Shown: piece after piece, positions 1 to 10,052 of the stretch
Numbering within the stretch: position 1 is the stretch's first letter
Layout: each line of letters starts with the position of its first letter
NCBI GenBank assembly: GCA_963662945.1
Contig: OY759974.1
Location: 448,001 to 512,000, forward strand
Source of the DNA: Arcobacteraceae bacterium
Lineage (GTDB): Bacteria; Campylobacterota; Campylobacteria; Campylobacterales; Arcobacteraceae
Direction of reading: 5' to 3'
DNA: 64,000 nt
Notes under the pieces: generated by a model
Databases searched by the model: none
What the model saw: only the letters and a program-made list of their open reading frames with translations
What the model was told of the DNA's origin: nothing
Made by a program: the position numbers and the translations under genes

Positions 1-2120
1 ATAGCAGCATCATGAGTCTGTGATGCTATCATAGCATTTTGTTGTGTTTGTTGATCAAGAGAGTTTACAGCATCATTAATCTGTTCAATTCCTGTAAGTT
101 GTTCTTTAGAAGCCATCTCTACATCTTTGATTAAATCTATTGTTTTAGAAATACTTTCATTCAATGCTGTATAACCACTTATCATCTCATCTGCTATTTT
201 CTTTCCATCATTTGCTTTACCTGTTGCTTTTTGAACTAGAGCTTTAATCTCATTTGCAGCATCCGCAGATCTACTAGCCAAGTTTCTTACCTCTTGTGCA
301 ACTACTGCAAATCCTTTTCCAGCTTCACCAGCAGTTGCAGCTTCAACTGCGGCATTAAGAGATAAAATATTTGTTTGAAATGCTATTTGGTCAATTACAG
401 TAATAGCATCATTAATAGCATTTACTTCTTCATCTATCTCATTCATAGCTTGTGTAGTTTGGTTTGCTAAAGCTTCCCCTTTTGAAGCTGATTGAGTTAC
501 ATCTGATGCTAAATTAGACATTTGGATAATATTGCTTGTATTATTTGAAATATTACCTGTAATCTCTTCTAAAGCTGCTGCTGTTTCTTCTAGTGCTGCT
601 GCTGCTTCATTTGAATTTATGTTTAATTGATTTACATTTTTAAGTAAAATTTTTGAATTATTATTTAATTGTAATCCACTTTGTTTGTTCTCTAATAATA
701 TTTGATTTATTATATCCGCTAAATTATTTAAACCTTTAGATACTCCACCTATATCATTTTCTATCCTATCTCTAAAGTCAAGTTGTGCATAACTTTCAAG
801 AACTCTATATATTTTATTTATATCTTCTGCTATATTATTAGAGGTAATTTCTAGCATATCATTAAATATCACTTTTAATTCATCTAAAGATTTATTTTGA
901 GTAACTTTTTCTATCCTTTGATGTAGTCTTCCCTCTTTTACTTCATGAACTATTTTTTTTACATCATCTATTAGTTTTACATCTTGTTCTAAAAGAGTTT
1001 TTGTTTTAATAATATTCGTATTTACAACTTGTGCCATTTTTCCTATTTCATCTTGGGAAGTTATCTCGATAAGATGACTTTCATTTGTTTCTTTATTAAG
1101 ATACGCAAAGAAGTTTAATAATCCTGTTTGAAAATTTAAAAGTGGAGCAATAATAGCTTTTTTAAAGAATATAGATATTGTCAATACTATAAATATAACC
1201 AATAACACAATTATCATCAATGCTAAATCAATAATAGATTTTGAACTTTCAAAAGCTATATTTGCCTTATTTATAGGTATTCCAAGTAAAGCAATACCAA
1301 GCTTTTTATTTTGAAAATCAATGATATCTATATAACTATAAAGATATTTATCTGTTGTAACAAATTTTTCTTTAAAAAGTTGGTCTAGATTAATATCATT
1401 TGCATCTTTTAAAAACTTTTCATCTATATTTACTTGAGAAGTGATGTAGTTTTTATATTTTATGTGTTTTGCTTTTGTAGTCATTAACTTAACATTAGAA
1501 ACTACCTTTTCGTCCATTAAAAGTAAAAACTTATTTCCCTCTTTATTAAAAGAATCAACAACTGGGTCTAATACTTGAATAAAATCCAGAGAACCTAAAT
1601 GTTCATTATTACTTACAATAGGAACAGTTGCAAATAAAGTAAGACCTATTTTACCTACTTCAAAAGTATTTACTGCTTTTTGTGTCGCATTTACCTGTAC
1701 AACACTATGTCTAAATTTACTTAAATCATCGCCAAACTTTTCAGGTTTTCTTGAACGTAAGAAAGAATGATTATCATTGGTATGAATATGAATATTTGCT
1801 TTTTTAAAAGTTGTAAAGTCACTCATATTTTTAATCAAATCTTTTAATGCTTCTAAAGCTAACGCTCTGTTGTTTTCTTTAAGTGCTGTTTTTATTGCAT
1901 AGTTATTTGCAATACTTACTGCACTTGTTATACCAATCTCTTTTCTTGCTTGCAATCTAAATTCTGCTTCTGTTTGTAATTCTTCTGCAAGATTGTTATA
2001 AATCTCTTTTTTTCCTTGATTAAAATAGTAATTCAATCCTAGAAAACTTAGTAATAATGATAGTATTGCAATACTACTTATCACTAACGTTAACTTTTTG
2101 CCCAAAGATAAATTGTTCAT
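1..2120 (-). CDS. Methyl-accepting chemotaxis protein with Cache-type periplasmic domain; 3' end runs off the window
   Basis: Not in ORF track. ATG at 2120 with [29 protein letters not shown] (TM); signalling motif [37 protein letters not shown] at about 270-390. Confidence 0.92.
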   Translation of the reverse strand, partial: MNNLSLGKKLTLVISSIAILSLLLSFLGLNYYFNQGKKEIYNNLAEELQTEAEFRLQARKEIGITSAVSIANNYAIKTALKENNRALALEALKDLIKNMSDFTTFKKANIHIHTNDNHSFLRSRKPEKFGDDLSKFRHSVVQVNATQKAVNTFEVGKIGLTLFATVPIVSNNEHLGSLDFIQVLDPVVDSFNKEGNKFLLLMDEKVVSNVKLMTTKAKHIKYKNYITSQVNIDEKFLKDANDINLDQLFKEKFVTTDKYLYSYIDIIDFQNKKLGIALLGIPINKANIAFESSKSIIDLALMIIVLLVIFIVLTISIFFKKAIIAPLLNFQTGLLNFFAYLNKETNESHLIEITSQDEIGKMAQVVNTNIIKTKTLLEQDVKLIDDVKKIVHEVKEGRLHQRIEKVTQNKSLDELKVIFNDMLEITSNNIAEDINKIYRVLESYAQLDFRDRIENDIGGVSKGLNNLADIINQILLENKQSGLQLNNNSKILLKNVNQLNINSNEAAAALEETAAALEEITGNISNNTSNIIQMSNLASDVTQSASKGEALANQTTQAMNEIDEEVNAINDAITVIDQIAFQTNILSLNAAVEAATAGEAGKGFAVVAQEVRNLASRSADAANEIKALVQKATGKANDGKKIADEMISGYTALNESISKTIDLIKDVEMASKEQLTGIEQINDAVNSLDQQTQQNAMIASQTHDAA

Positions 2121-2351
2121 ATTTACTCTCCAATAATAGTTCTATATATAAGCAATTATAATATCTTAATGTAACTTGAAAATAACTGATTAATTTCATA
2201 TTTTTTAATAATTATTATTTTTCTTCTTACTCACTGTCTTCTTATAAAATCTAGACTATATTAAGACGAGAGTTGTTTATAAAGTTCATTTTGAAAAGTA
2301 GAATAATAAGATTTACTCATAAAATAATAAAATATATCTATTATTGAATTC

Positions 2352-2720
2352 CTAGATTAATCCTAGCTCTTCACTTATATCTTTTATGAGTTTACTAAAT
2401 GGCTTTTTAGATAAATCTTCATTTTCATCTATTATCATAAATCTATCAATAGTTTCTAAGGTTCCATTTTGGAACCTTAAAGATTCATCCAAACTTGAGG
2501 TTCCGAATTAGAACCTCAAGTTATCATATTCATTTTGAGTAAGTTGAAATCTAAAATTTTCAGGAAATCTTTCAGTATTTCTTTTTACTGCCTTATTTAA
2601 ATTTTTCGTTTCTACCTGATAAAGGTCTGCCAAATCTTTATCAAGCATAACTTGTAGACCTCTTATAGTATAAATCTTATTTTGAATAGTTTCTTTTGAT
2701 ATATCTGTTATTTTATCCAT
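2352..2720 (-). pseudogene. ORF6N (KilA-N-like) DNA-binding protein remnant with in-frame nonsense codon
   Basis: IYTIRGLQVMLDKDLADLYQVETKNLNKAVKRN..RFPENFRFQLT is the ORF6N motif; TAA at 2508-2510 interrupts LRF*FGTS and the frame continues to TAG at 2352. Confidence 0.75.
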
Positions 2721-2868
2721 CTAAGATACCTTATATTTTTGTTTATAGTATCACAAAAATATACTTCTATTAAAAAATATTGCATTTTGTCATATTAGTT
2801 TTAAAATTCTATCTACAATATTTTACCATACAAATGTCACATCCATTGTCACAAAAATAAAAAAATGT

Positions 2869-2902
2869 AAAAAAAAAGCAGGCAAATATTTGCCTACTTT
2901 TT
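2869..2902 (-). terminator. Rho-independent terminator after SIR2-like gene
   Basis: Minus strand AGTAGGCAAA-TA-TTTGCCTGCT followed by T-run. Confidence 0.8.
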
Positions 2903-2925
2903 ATATGAAAAGATTTAAGAAGTTT

Positions 2926-3759
2926 TTATAAAGATTTTAAAAAACTATTTGTATCCTCTTTTACTAACTCTAAGTTATGTGTAGTTATAAACTTATCCTC
3001 TTTTTTACTATGTTCCTCTTTGTTTGATACAACTATCCCTGTATCAAGTCCTAGAGTTATCTCATTTGCTACCATTCTATAAGTATCTCGGCTGAAATCT
3101 ATCCCTAAAAACAGATATGATTTACCTTGTTTGTACCCTTTTAAAAATGGTGGTATCGCATATCCACCCATAGCTTCCGTTAACCAGTCAACAAAGTCAG
3201 CATCACTAACGATAAAATCCATATCAGGAACAGTTGAACCCATAGGTTTAAAAAGGATTGGGATAGAATCGTTTAATTCATCTTTTTCTATTTTGTTGTA
3301 TGTTTTTGTTGGTAAGTCGTATTTGTATACGATAAATCTATCATATCCACCCATAACTCTTGAAACACCAGTTACCATAAAATGCTCTACATCTTCATAT
3401 ACTTTACAACCACTATCATCAAGATTTGTATCTATCATATATTTTGGTTTAATTTCTTTTAAAAATTGGTATACATAAGGAAGGTCATACTGTTTCGAAC
3501 TGTAGATATGATTTGTCATTTGTATGATAAACTCTCTACCTTTTCGTTGCTCCAAACTCATAGCAGCTCTTGTGTACTCATACATAAGTCTTGCACTCAT
3601 AGCTCGACCATTGTTAAGTGCAAGTACCATACTATCACTATCAAATGGAAGTTGTACACCATCAGTAGATTTTACACCTTCAAATACACCCATACCTAAA
3701 AATGGAACGAGTTCACCACTTATTATTTTTTCTTTTATATTATCCATTATACTTCCCAT
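2926..3759 (-). CDS. SIR2-like (SIR2_2 family) protein, nif-associated
   Basis: LVPFLGMG, IDTNLDD, LFKPMGS, FIVSDADFVDWL, YLFLG motifs; sigma54 promoter upstream; start may be Met5 (3747). Confidence 0.8.
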   Translation of the reverse strand: MGSIMDNIKEKIISGELVPFLGMGVFEGVKSTDGVQLPFDSDSMVLALNNGRAMSARLMYEYTRAAMSLEQRKGREFIIQMTNHIYSSKQYDLPYVYQFLKEIKPKYMIDTNLDDSGCKVYEDVEHFMVTGVSRVMGGYDRFIVYKYDLPTKTYNKIEKDELNDSIPILFKPMGSTVPDMDFIVSDADFVDWLTEAMGGYAIPPFLKGYKQGKSYLFLGIDFSRDTYRMVANEITLGLDTGIVVSNKEEHSKKEDKFITTHNLELVKEDTNSFLKSL

Positions 3760-3784
3760 TTATTATTTTATATACTAGAGGTAT

Positions 3785-3800
3785 TGCATAAGCCATTCCA
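3785..3800 (-). promoter_or_regulatory. sigma54 -24/-12 promoter for SIR2-like gene
   Basis: TGGAATGGCTTATGCA (GG-N10-GC). Confidence 0.8.
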
Positions 3801-3861
3801 CTTATAAATAATACTTATAAAATAAAAAAAGTAGTTTTTTACTTTATGAGATAATTAAGGT

Positions 3862-4401
3862 TTAGCCGTGGCAGCCTACACCTGTATATGTTACATATGC
3901 TTTATTAAGTTCTACTTGTAATCTATCTAAATCAAACTCTTTTTCTAAATTTGATGGCATATCCAAAAAGAAAACTGCTCCATCTTTTGAAATTAAAAAC
4001 AATGCTTTTGTAAGTTTATCTTCCATACTACCACTTACTATTTTTGTTCCATACATATTTCCAAATTCATCTTCACTATCAAAGACCATCTCAAACTTTT
4101 TTAATCTATTTTTAAATACAGTAGTATTTTCTAACTTTTCATTGAAAATAAAATAACATTGAATTGGAACTTGTATATTACTCATAAACTGATCTATTTT
4201 TAAAATCTCTTTACTAAAGTTATCACTTGCATCAGGAAAAGAGATAAACAAACTCATAGCTCCATCACTATGACTTCTTTTAATCTCTTTTTTTTCTCCA
4301 TTAACATCAGAAACTTCAAAGTTTTCAGCCATATACCCTATATCGATAAAATCTTCGCACAGTTCGTATTCTTCACCTTTGAATGTAACATTAGATTCCA
4401 T
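3862..4401 (-). CDS. Thiol peroxidase (Tpx)-like redoxin lacking the peroxidatic Cys
   Basis: VTFKG..IGYMAENF, FGNMYGTKI.SG.MEDKLTKALFLISKDG resemble Tpx; FPDASDNF replaces the PSxDTxxC motif; overlaps nifA stop. Confidence 0.65.
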   Translation of the reverse strand: MESNVTFKGEEYELCEDFIDIGYMAENFEVSDVNGEKKEIKRSHSDGAMSLFISFPDASDNFSKEILKIDQFMSNIQVPIQCYFIFNEKLENTTVFKNRLKKFEMVFDSEDEFGNMYGTKIVSGSMEDKLTKALFLISKDGAVFFLDMPSNLEKEFDLDRLQVELNKAYVTYTGVGCHG

Positions 4402-5911
4402 ATTTTTTTACCTTATAGCCTATTTGTCGTACTGTAATTCCTAACATATCTGCTGCACGTGATTGATTATTATCACACTCTTTCAATGCTTTCATAATCG
4501 CTTCACGTTCTAGTTCATCAAGAGTTTTATTTTCCATTGGAATTGTTTTATACTCTTCAATCAGTTTTTCATTTTTCAATGCAGGAAGAAGTAAAAGCAT
4601 ATCAGCAGCACTAATGCCATCTTCATCCCCCATCAATACAATTCTTTCAATTGTATTCTCCATCTCTCTTACATTTCCAGGCCAAGGATATCCCATAAGT
4701 TTATCCATAGCTTCATCTGTGATTTTCACCACTTTTTTATGATTTTTCATACTTCTTTCAAGAAAGAAATTTACAAGAAGTTTGATATCTTCACCTCTTT
4801 TTCGTAGAGGTGGTAAATCTATTGGAATAACATTCAATCTGTAGTATAAATCCTCTCTAAACTCACCATCTTTTACCATTTGTTCAAGATTTCTATTGGT
4901 TGCTGCTACTAATCTTACATTTACTTTGATTGTTTTACTTCCACCAACTCTCTCAAACTCTCTTTCTTGTAAAACTCTTAAAAGTTTCACTTGCGCACTT
5001 GCACTAATGTCACCTATTTCATCTAAAAATAAAGTTCCTTTATCTGCTAGTTCAAATCTACCTTTTCTTGTCTCTTTTGCATCTGTAAATGCACCTTTTT
5101 CATGTCCAAAAAGTTCACTTTCTAATAAACTGTCAGTGATAGCTGCACAGTTTAACTTCACGAACGGCTCTTCAGCTCTACGACTTCTTTTGTGAATTGC
5201 TGCTGCAACTAGTTCTTTCCCAGTTCCAGTTTCTCCGCGTACAAGTACTGTCACGTCACTTTGTGCAATTCTTTCAACAACTTTGTAGACATCTTTCATC
5301 TTTTTACTCTCACCAATTATGTCACCAAAATTATGCACTTTTGAATCCCACTCCATTTTATAATACTGTTTAAGATCTTTTAATTTCTCTTTTTCATCCT
5401 CTAGAACAAAATGAGAATACATACTTTGAGCAAATAATGAACTAATGATTGACAATATTCTAACAGTATCATCAAATCCCATTTTTGTAGATTTCGTCAG
5501 ATTTGTTGCTAACACACCAATTGTTTCATGTTCTACAATCATAGGAACTGCAATATAAGAAATAGTATCACTACTTCTGTTACCTGATTTATTTAAAAAC
5601 AATATATCATTGTGCACATTCTCAATAACAACTGGCTCCATACTTTTTGCAGCTAAACCAGTAGCACCTTCACCAATTCTATATTCTGAAATGATTTTTT
5701 GATGTTTGTTAAAATTGATTGATGCGAAGATATTTAAAATATCATCTTCTCTTTTATATATAACACAATTTTCTAAATCTAGATTTTTCTTCAACACCAT
5801 AAGGCATTTTTCCAAAGATTGAACAATTTGTCCACGAGAATCAGCTATAATTGTAGCAATCTCTTGTAAAACATTAAGTTCTATTTGTATCAAACTATCT
5901 TCATTATTCAT
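4391..5911 (-). CDS. nifA: Nif-specific sigma54 activator NifA (GAF-AAA+-HTH)
   Basis: N-terminal GAF, GETGTGKE, ESELFGHEKGAFTDA, WPGNVRE, C-terminal NQSRAADMLGITVRQIGYK; nif context. Confidence 0.9.
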   Translation of the reverse strand: MNNEDSLIQIELNVLQEIATIIADSRGQIVQSLEKCLMVLKKNLDLENCVIYKREDDILNIFASINFNKHQKIISEYRIGEGATGLAAKSMEPVVIENVHNDILFLNKSGNRSSDTISYIAVPMIVEHETIGVLATNLTKSTKMGFDDTVRILSIISSLFAQSMYSHFVLEDEKEKLKDLKQYYKMEWDSKVHNFGDIIGESKKMKDVYKVVERIAQSDVTVLVRGETGTGKELVAAAIHKRSRRAEEPFVKLNCAAITDSLLESELFGHEKGAFTDAKETRKGRFELADKGTLFLDEIGDISASAQVKLLRVLQEREFERVGGSKTIKVNVRLVAATNRNLEQMVKDGEFREDLYYRLNVIPIDLPPLRKRGEDIKLLVNFFLERSMKNHKKVVKITDEAMDKLMGYPWPGNVREMENTIERIVLMGDEDGISAADMLLLLPALKNEKLIEEYKTIPMENKTLDELEREAIMKALKECDNNQSRAADMLGITVRQIGYKVKKYGI

Positions 5912-5943
5912 TATTCATCCAATCTATATAATATATTTTGAAT

Positions 5944-5952
5944 ATTATATCA
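5944..5952 (-). promoter_or_regulatory. Extended -10 sigma70 promoter for nifA
   Basis: TGATATAAT about 33 nt upstream of the ATG. Confidence 0.55.
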
Positions 5953-5995
5953 TTGTATATAAATAATTTATACATGCTATATGTATAAATTATAA

Positions 5996-6205
5996 TCAAT
6001 CTGCAAGTTTTTTACAAACTTCCTCTTTTGGCAAATTTTTAGGACCAGGTTGTATCCACCAAGTTTCACCATTACTTAATTCAACTTCTCCACCCCAATT
6101 ATCATCATCGCTAAACTCTATTGTTTCAATAGTTTCTTCCATATCTTTTTTAGCTATATAAAAATAAATCTCTCCATCTGCTTCTCTTAACATTACTTTT
6201 GCCAT
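5996..6205 (-). CDS. nifT: NifT/FixU protein
   Basis: MAKVMLR..YIAKKDMEE..WGGEVELSNG..LP. Confidence 0.92.
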   Translation of the reverse strand: MAKVMLREADGEIYFYIAKKDMEETIETIEFSDDDNWGGEVELSNGETWWIQPGPKNLPKEEVCKKLAD

Positions 6206-6233
6206 AAATTATCCTTTGTATTTGTAAACTATA

Positions 6234-6249
6234 TGCAATATTTGTTCCT
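6234..6249 (-). promoter_or_regulatory. sigma54 promoter for nifT, overlapping the upstream TAG stop
   Basis: AGGAACAAATATTGCA (GG-N10-GC). Confidence 0.75.
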
Positions 6250-7897
6250 AATTATTATTAGCAATCATTCTTCGCAAATATCCAAGTAAATTATTCTTTT
6301 GAAGCCATACTTTATAAAAACCTCTTTTAAGTTCATTAACTAAAATGCTATGTTTATATTCATCATTGATATCAGGATAATCATCTCTATGATGTGCTCC
6401 TCGACTCTCTTTTCTTTTTCTTGCACTTAGTACAACTGTTTCTGCAACTTCCAATGCATTTTGTAGTTCTAAAATAGAGATAAGTTCCACATTGTTACTT
6501 CTCCCTTTATCTATACAATGTAAAGTTCCAGCTTCTCTTCGTAAATATTTCAAATAATCCAATGCTTTAAAAAGTGTTTTTTGAGTTCTGCTTATTCCTG
6601 CTAACTCAAACATAGTTTTACCAACAGATATTCTCATAGAGTTAAAGTTCTTTGTTGTATCTTGATCAAAGATATAATCAACTTTTTGTTGGTCTCTTAC
6701 TACAATATTGTAATCTATTGGTAAAAAATCTTTTTTTATACTGTATTTTAAAGCATTTTTTCCTGCTAATTCCCCAAAAACAGCACCCTCTAAAAGTGAG
6801 TTTCCGCCCAGTCTATTTGCTCCATGTACTCCATTTACTGCACATTCACCACAAACAAATAAACCTTTTATAGTAGTTTTTGTCATATTTGCTTCTATAC
6901 CACCCATAGTATAATGTGCAACAGGTTTTACAGGCAATAATTCTGTTCTAACATCAACACCAGCTTGCATCAAAGCTGCTTTTTGAAGACTTGGCAATTT
7001 TGTTTCTATATGCTCTGCACTTAAATGTCTTAAATCTATAAAAACTGATTTTCCCTCATTAATTTCTTTTGAGATGGCACGACTTACAACATCTCTGGTG
7101 TCAAGTTCATTTACAAATCTTTCCCCCTCACTATTAACAAGATAACCACCCTCACCACGTGCTGCTTCACTTACAAGATAACTTGTTTTTATAAAACCTG
7201 TTGGATGGAATTGAACAAATTCCATATCTTTTAAAGCCAATCCAGCTCGCAAAGCAACTGAAAGCATGTCTCCTGTGTAGTCTTGGGCATTTGTACTAAA
7301 ACCTCTATAAAGTCCTGCATAACCGCCACCTGCAAGTACCACAGACTTTGCAGGATAAACCATAACTGAAGAATCAAACCGTCTTAATACAACAATTCCA
7401 CTTACTTTATTGTGCATTTTAGTAATATTCATTACAAAATTATTTACTAAAAACTCTACACCCATAATTTTGGCTTTTTTTATAAGAGCTTGTGTTATTG
7501 CGGAACCTGTTTTATCACCCACATAACAAGTTCTCTTACTACTTCCACCACCAAAACTTCGCTGTGCAATTTTTCCTTCTTCATCTCTATCAAACTCTAC
7601 ACCATAATCTGAAAGTTTTGAAATAATTAAAGGGGCTTGTTCACACATATATGTTACTGCTTTTTTATCAGCCAAACCAGAAGAACCTTTTAAAGTATCA
7701 TCTATATGTTTTGCAATACCTTCTTTATCACTCTTATCTAAGACACCGTTTATTCCACCACTGGCCAAACTACTATTAGATTTAAAAAGATTTCCTTTTG
7801 TTACAATAGCAACTTTTACAGTAGGATCACTTTTTGCTTCAATTGCAGCCATTAAACCAGCAATACCTGCGCCTACAACAATAACATCATATATCAT
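6248..7897 (-). CDS. SdhA/FrdA/NadB-family FAD-dependent oxidoreductase (orphan flavoprotein)
   Basis: GAGIAG, SNSSLASGG, QFHPT, EAARGEG, HYTMGG, HGANRLGGNSL, ESRGAH. Confidence 0.85.
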   Translation of the reverse strand: MIYDVIVVGAGIAGLMAAIEAKSDPTVKVAIVTKGNLFKSNSSLASGGINGVLDKSDKEGIAKHIDDTLKGSSGLADKKAVTYMCEQAPLIISKLSDYGVEFDRDEEGKIAQRSFGGGSSKRTCYVGDKTGSAITQALIKKAKIMGVEFLVNNFVMNITKMHNKVSGIVVLRRFDSSVMVYPAKSVVLAGGGYAGLYRGFSTNAQDYTGDMLSVALRAGLALKDMEFVQFHPTGFIKTSYLVSEAARGEGGYLVNSEGERFVNELDTRDVVSRAISKEINEGKSVFIDLRHLSAEHIETKLPSLQKAALMQAGVDVRTELLPVKPVAHYTMGGIEANMTKTTIKGLFVCGECAVNGVHGANRLGGNSLLEGAVFGELAGKNALKYSIKKDFLPIDYNIVVRDQQKVDYIFDQDTTKNFNSMRISVGKTMFELAGISRTQKTLFKALDYLKYLRREAGTLHCIDKGRSNNVELISILELQNALEVAETVVLSARKRKESRGAHHRDDYPDINDEYKHSILVNELKRGFYKVWLQKNNLLGYLRRMIANNN

Positions 7898-7900
7898 ACA

Positions 7901-9013
7901 TTATAACCTGTAAAGTAAATCATATTTACTTTTTGGTACTGCTTTTACTTTTGAAATCTCACAATTGTGTTTAATATTTACAGGCACCCTACTTCCAAAA
8001 AGTCCACTTACTATTCCAGGAGTTGAACGAACAAATTGCAATGCTAATTGAATATCACTTTTTAAAGTCATACTATTATCAAGAATAACACCTGTTTCTG
8101 CTGTGAAAGATTTTTTGAAAAGATTCATTTGCAATAAACTTGAACTACTTATAACCCCTAAACCTAATCTATATGCCGCTTGTAAAATCGTACATTTCTC
8201 ACCATTTACTTTTTGTGTTGGTGTTGTGTATGCTGTTGTTTTCCCCATATTAAAAGGTGTTTGAATATATTTAAATCGATGATTTTCACCACCAGCTTTT
8301 TTTGCACATTCAACTAATTTTTCTATCTCTATAGTTTCGTTAATTTCTGACATAAAACCATTCCAAACAGCAACTCCATAACATTTAAAAAGTCCTTCAT
8401 CTGCTAATTTTTCAAATCTTTTAAATATTTTTTCTATTTGTTTATAAAAGTTTTTTTCTCCAAGTTTTAAAATCTGCATCTCTGGATTATGAAGGTAATA
8501 AATATCTAAACTTTCAACTCCAAGATTTTCTAAACTTCTTCTACAAGACCATTCTAAATAATCAGGTGTCATACAATGTTGGTCTAACTCTATATCGTCT
8601 TTTGTTGCAAGTTTTTTATCTATGATGTTTTCTTCTATCCATGTATAAGGATTTTCTGGAAAAGGATAATCTAGTTGGATAAATCCACCTTTAGAACAAA
8701 TTATAAGCTCTTCCCTTTTTACTGCATCTTCAGCATATAATTCTACTAAAGCTTCCCCTATCTCTCTTTCACTCTGTCCATATCTATAGTTACTCGCAGT
8801 ATCTATTAGATTTATACCATTTTTTACAGCTTCTTTAACAGCTGCTATATAATGAAATACATAATTTTCTTCTTTATATGGTTCTTTATTAAATGTACCT
8901 AAACCTAATTTTGAAAATATTAATCCGTTACTTTGTGTAAAAAAGTCTTTATAATGAGAAAACTTCTTGGCAAACTCTAATGTATCTGTTGGTGTTGCTA
9001 CTTTCAGACTCAT
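7901..9013 (-). CDS. Aldo/keto reductase family protein
   Basis: SKLGLGT, GINLIDTASNY, SERxIG, CSKGG, SLENLGVESLDIYYLHNP. Confidence 0.88.
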   Translation of the reverse strand: MSLKVATPTDTLEFAKKFSHYKDFFTQSNGLIFSKLGLGTFNKEPYKEENYVFHYIAAVKEAVKNGINLIDTASNYRYGQSEREIGEALVELYAEDAVKREELIICSKGGFIQLDYPFPENPYTWIEENIIDKKLATKDDIELDQHCMTPDYLEWSCRRSLENLGVESLDIYYLHNPEMQILKLGEKNFYKQIEKIFKRFEKLADEGLFKCYGVAVWNGFMSEINETIEIEKLVECAKKAGGENHRFKYIQTPFNMGKTTAYTTPTQKVNGEKCTILQAAYRLGLGVISSSSLLQMNLFKKSFTAETGVILDNSMTLKSDIQLALQFVRSTPGIVSGLFGSRVPVNIKHNCEISKVKAVPKSKYDLLYRL

Positions 9014-9108
9014 TATTTCTTTGCCATTTTTGCGTAAGTTTTATTTGTATAAATTACTATTGCCACTGTATAAGATATAAGTATAAGTGGTAGTATATAA
9101 GTTTCCAT
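9013..9108 (-). CDS. 31-aa putative single-pass membrane peptide (not in ORF track)
   Basis: METYILPLILISYTVAIVIYTNKTYAKMAKK; AAAGGA RBS; TAATG stop/start overlap with the AKR gene; sigma54 promoter just upstream. Confidence 0.7.
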   Translation of the reverse strand: METYILPLILISYTVAIVIYTNKTYAKMAKK

Positions 9109-9148
9109 AATATATTTCCTTTAGGATTTAATCAATTGCTTACAATTA

Positions 9149-9164
9149 TGCAAGTACCATTCCA
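9149..9164 (-). promoter_or_regulatory. sigma54 promoter for sORF-AKR-flavoprotein operon
   Basis: TGGAATGGTACTTGCA (GG-N10-GC). Confidence 0.82.
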
Positions 9165-9169
9165 TAAAT

Positions 9170-9970
9170 TTAATACGATTTTAACTTCGCTATCTCCTCA
9201 TTACTAAACCCTGCTTTTATCCTAGCTTCTACATTTATATGCTTATTTTTTTTAAAAGAGTTTGGATAAATTTCATTGACAATTTTGAAATAGTCACAAC
9301 TAAAATTTTCTTTTTTGTCACAACCATATTTATACCAAAAATCACCTTTTTTTACATGACTAACCTCTTCTTCAAGAATAACTTCTAAAGCTGTTACTAT
9401 CGCTTGGGTATTTGGAAAATTTTTTAATTTGTTGATAATCATCATATTTGCATCTAAACCATTTGCTTCCATATATCTAGGAATAAGTGCCATTCGAGGA
9501 ATAAGCTCTAATGTTTTCATGGAAGCATCAAATAATCCTTGATGAACATCATAATCTCCATATTTTTTTCCATATTGTTTAAGTAGTTTTTCAATCATTA
9601 TAAAATGTCGTATCTCATCATCTGCTACTTCCATCCAGTCTTTATAAAACTCATAAGGCATCTTTTGAAATCTATAACACGCATCAAGTGCTAAATCAAT
9701 TGCACTATACTCAATATGAGCTACTGCATGTAAAAGATTTATAATCCCCTCTTTTGTATCAAGTCTTTCCCTTTTTGGTACTGCACTTGTGTGGACAATA
9801 TTACAAATATTTTTATAAGAGGGTTCACTAAAAACTTCAATTGTTTCAAGAGGTGTAAAATCAACTTTTTGATTCAAAAATTCTTCGTATAATAACTGAA
9901 ACTTATAAAACTTTTCTATAGGATTTGTCGATAACAAGGTATCTTTTACATTTAAAAAATAATTATTCAT
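9170..9970 (-). CDS. DUF455 ferritin-like protein
   Basis: LLHAVAHIEYSAIDLALD, DEIRHF, EANGLD, EEVSHV..G.FWY. Confidence 0.88.
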   Translation of the reverse strand: MNNYFLNVKDTLLSTNPIEKFYKFQLLYEEFLNQKVDFTPLETIEVFSEPSYKNICNIVHTSAVPKRERLDTKEGIINLLHAVAHIEYSAIDLALDACYRFQKMPYEFYKDWMEVADDEIRHFIMIEKLLKQYGKKYGDYDVHQGLFDASMKTLELIPRMALIPRYMEANGLDANMMIINKLKNFPNTQAIVTALEVILEEEVSHVKKGDFWYKYGCDKKENFSCDYFKIVNEIYPNSFKKNKHINVEARIKAGFSNEEIAKLKSY

Positions 9971-10052
9971 AATGATATTATATAATAATTTTATTAATTC
10001 TTTCAGTCATTTTATGCTATTGTATGCAAAATAAAAAATAAGGATTATCATT

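Noticed and set aside
1-620. Strong similarity to 55240-55870 in inverted orientation, as if bounding an island
   Set aside because: Paralogous MCP signalling domains with many synonymous differences; not attachment sites
2835-2853. TGTCACA direct repeat resembling a Pho box
   Set aside because: 12-bp period rather than 11, and it precedes only a pseudogene
2926-3759. SIR2 as an anti-phage system (Thoeris, DSR, SIR2-HerA)
   Set aside because: No partner genes or extra domains; sigma54 promoter and nif context
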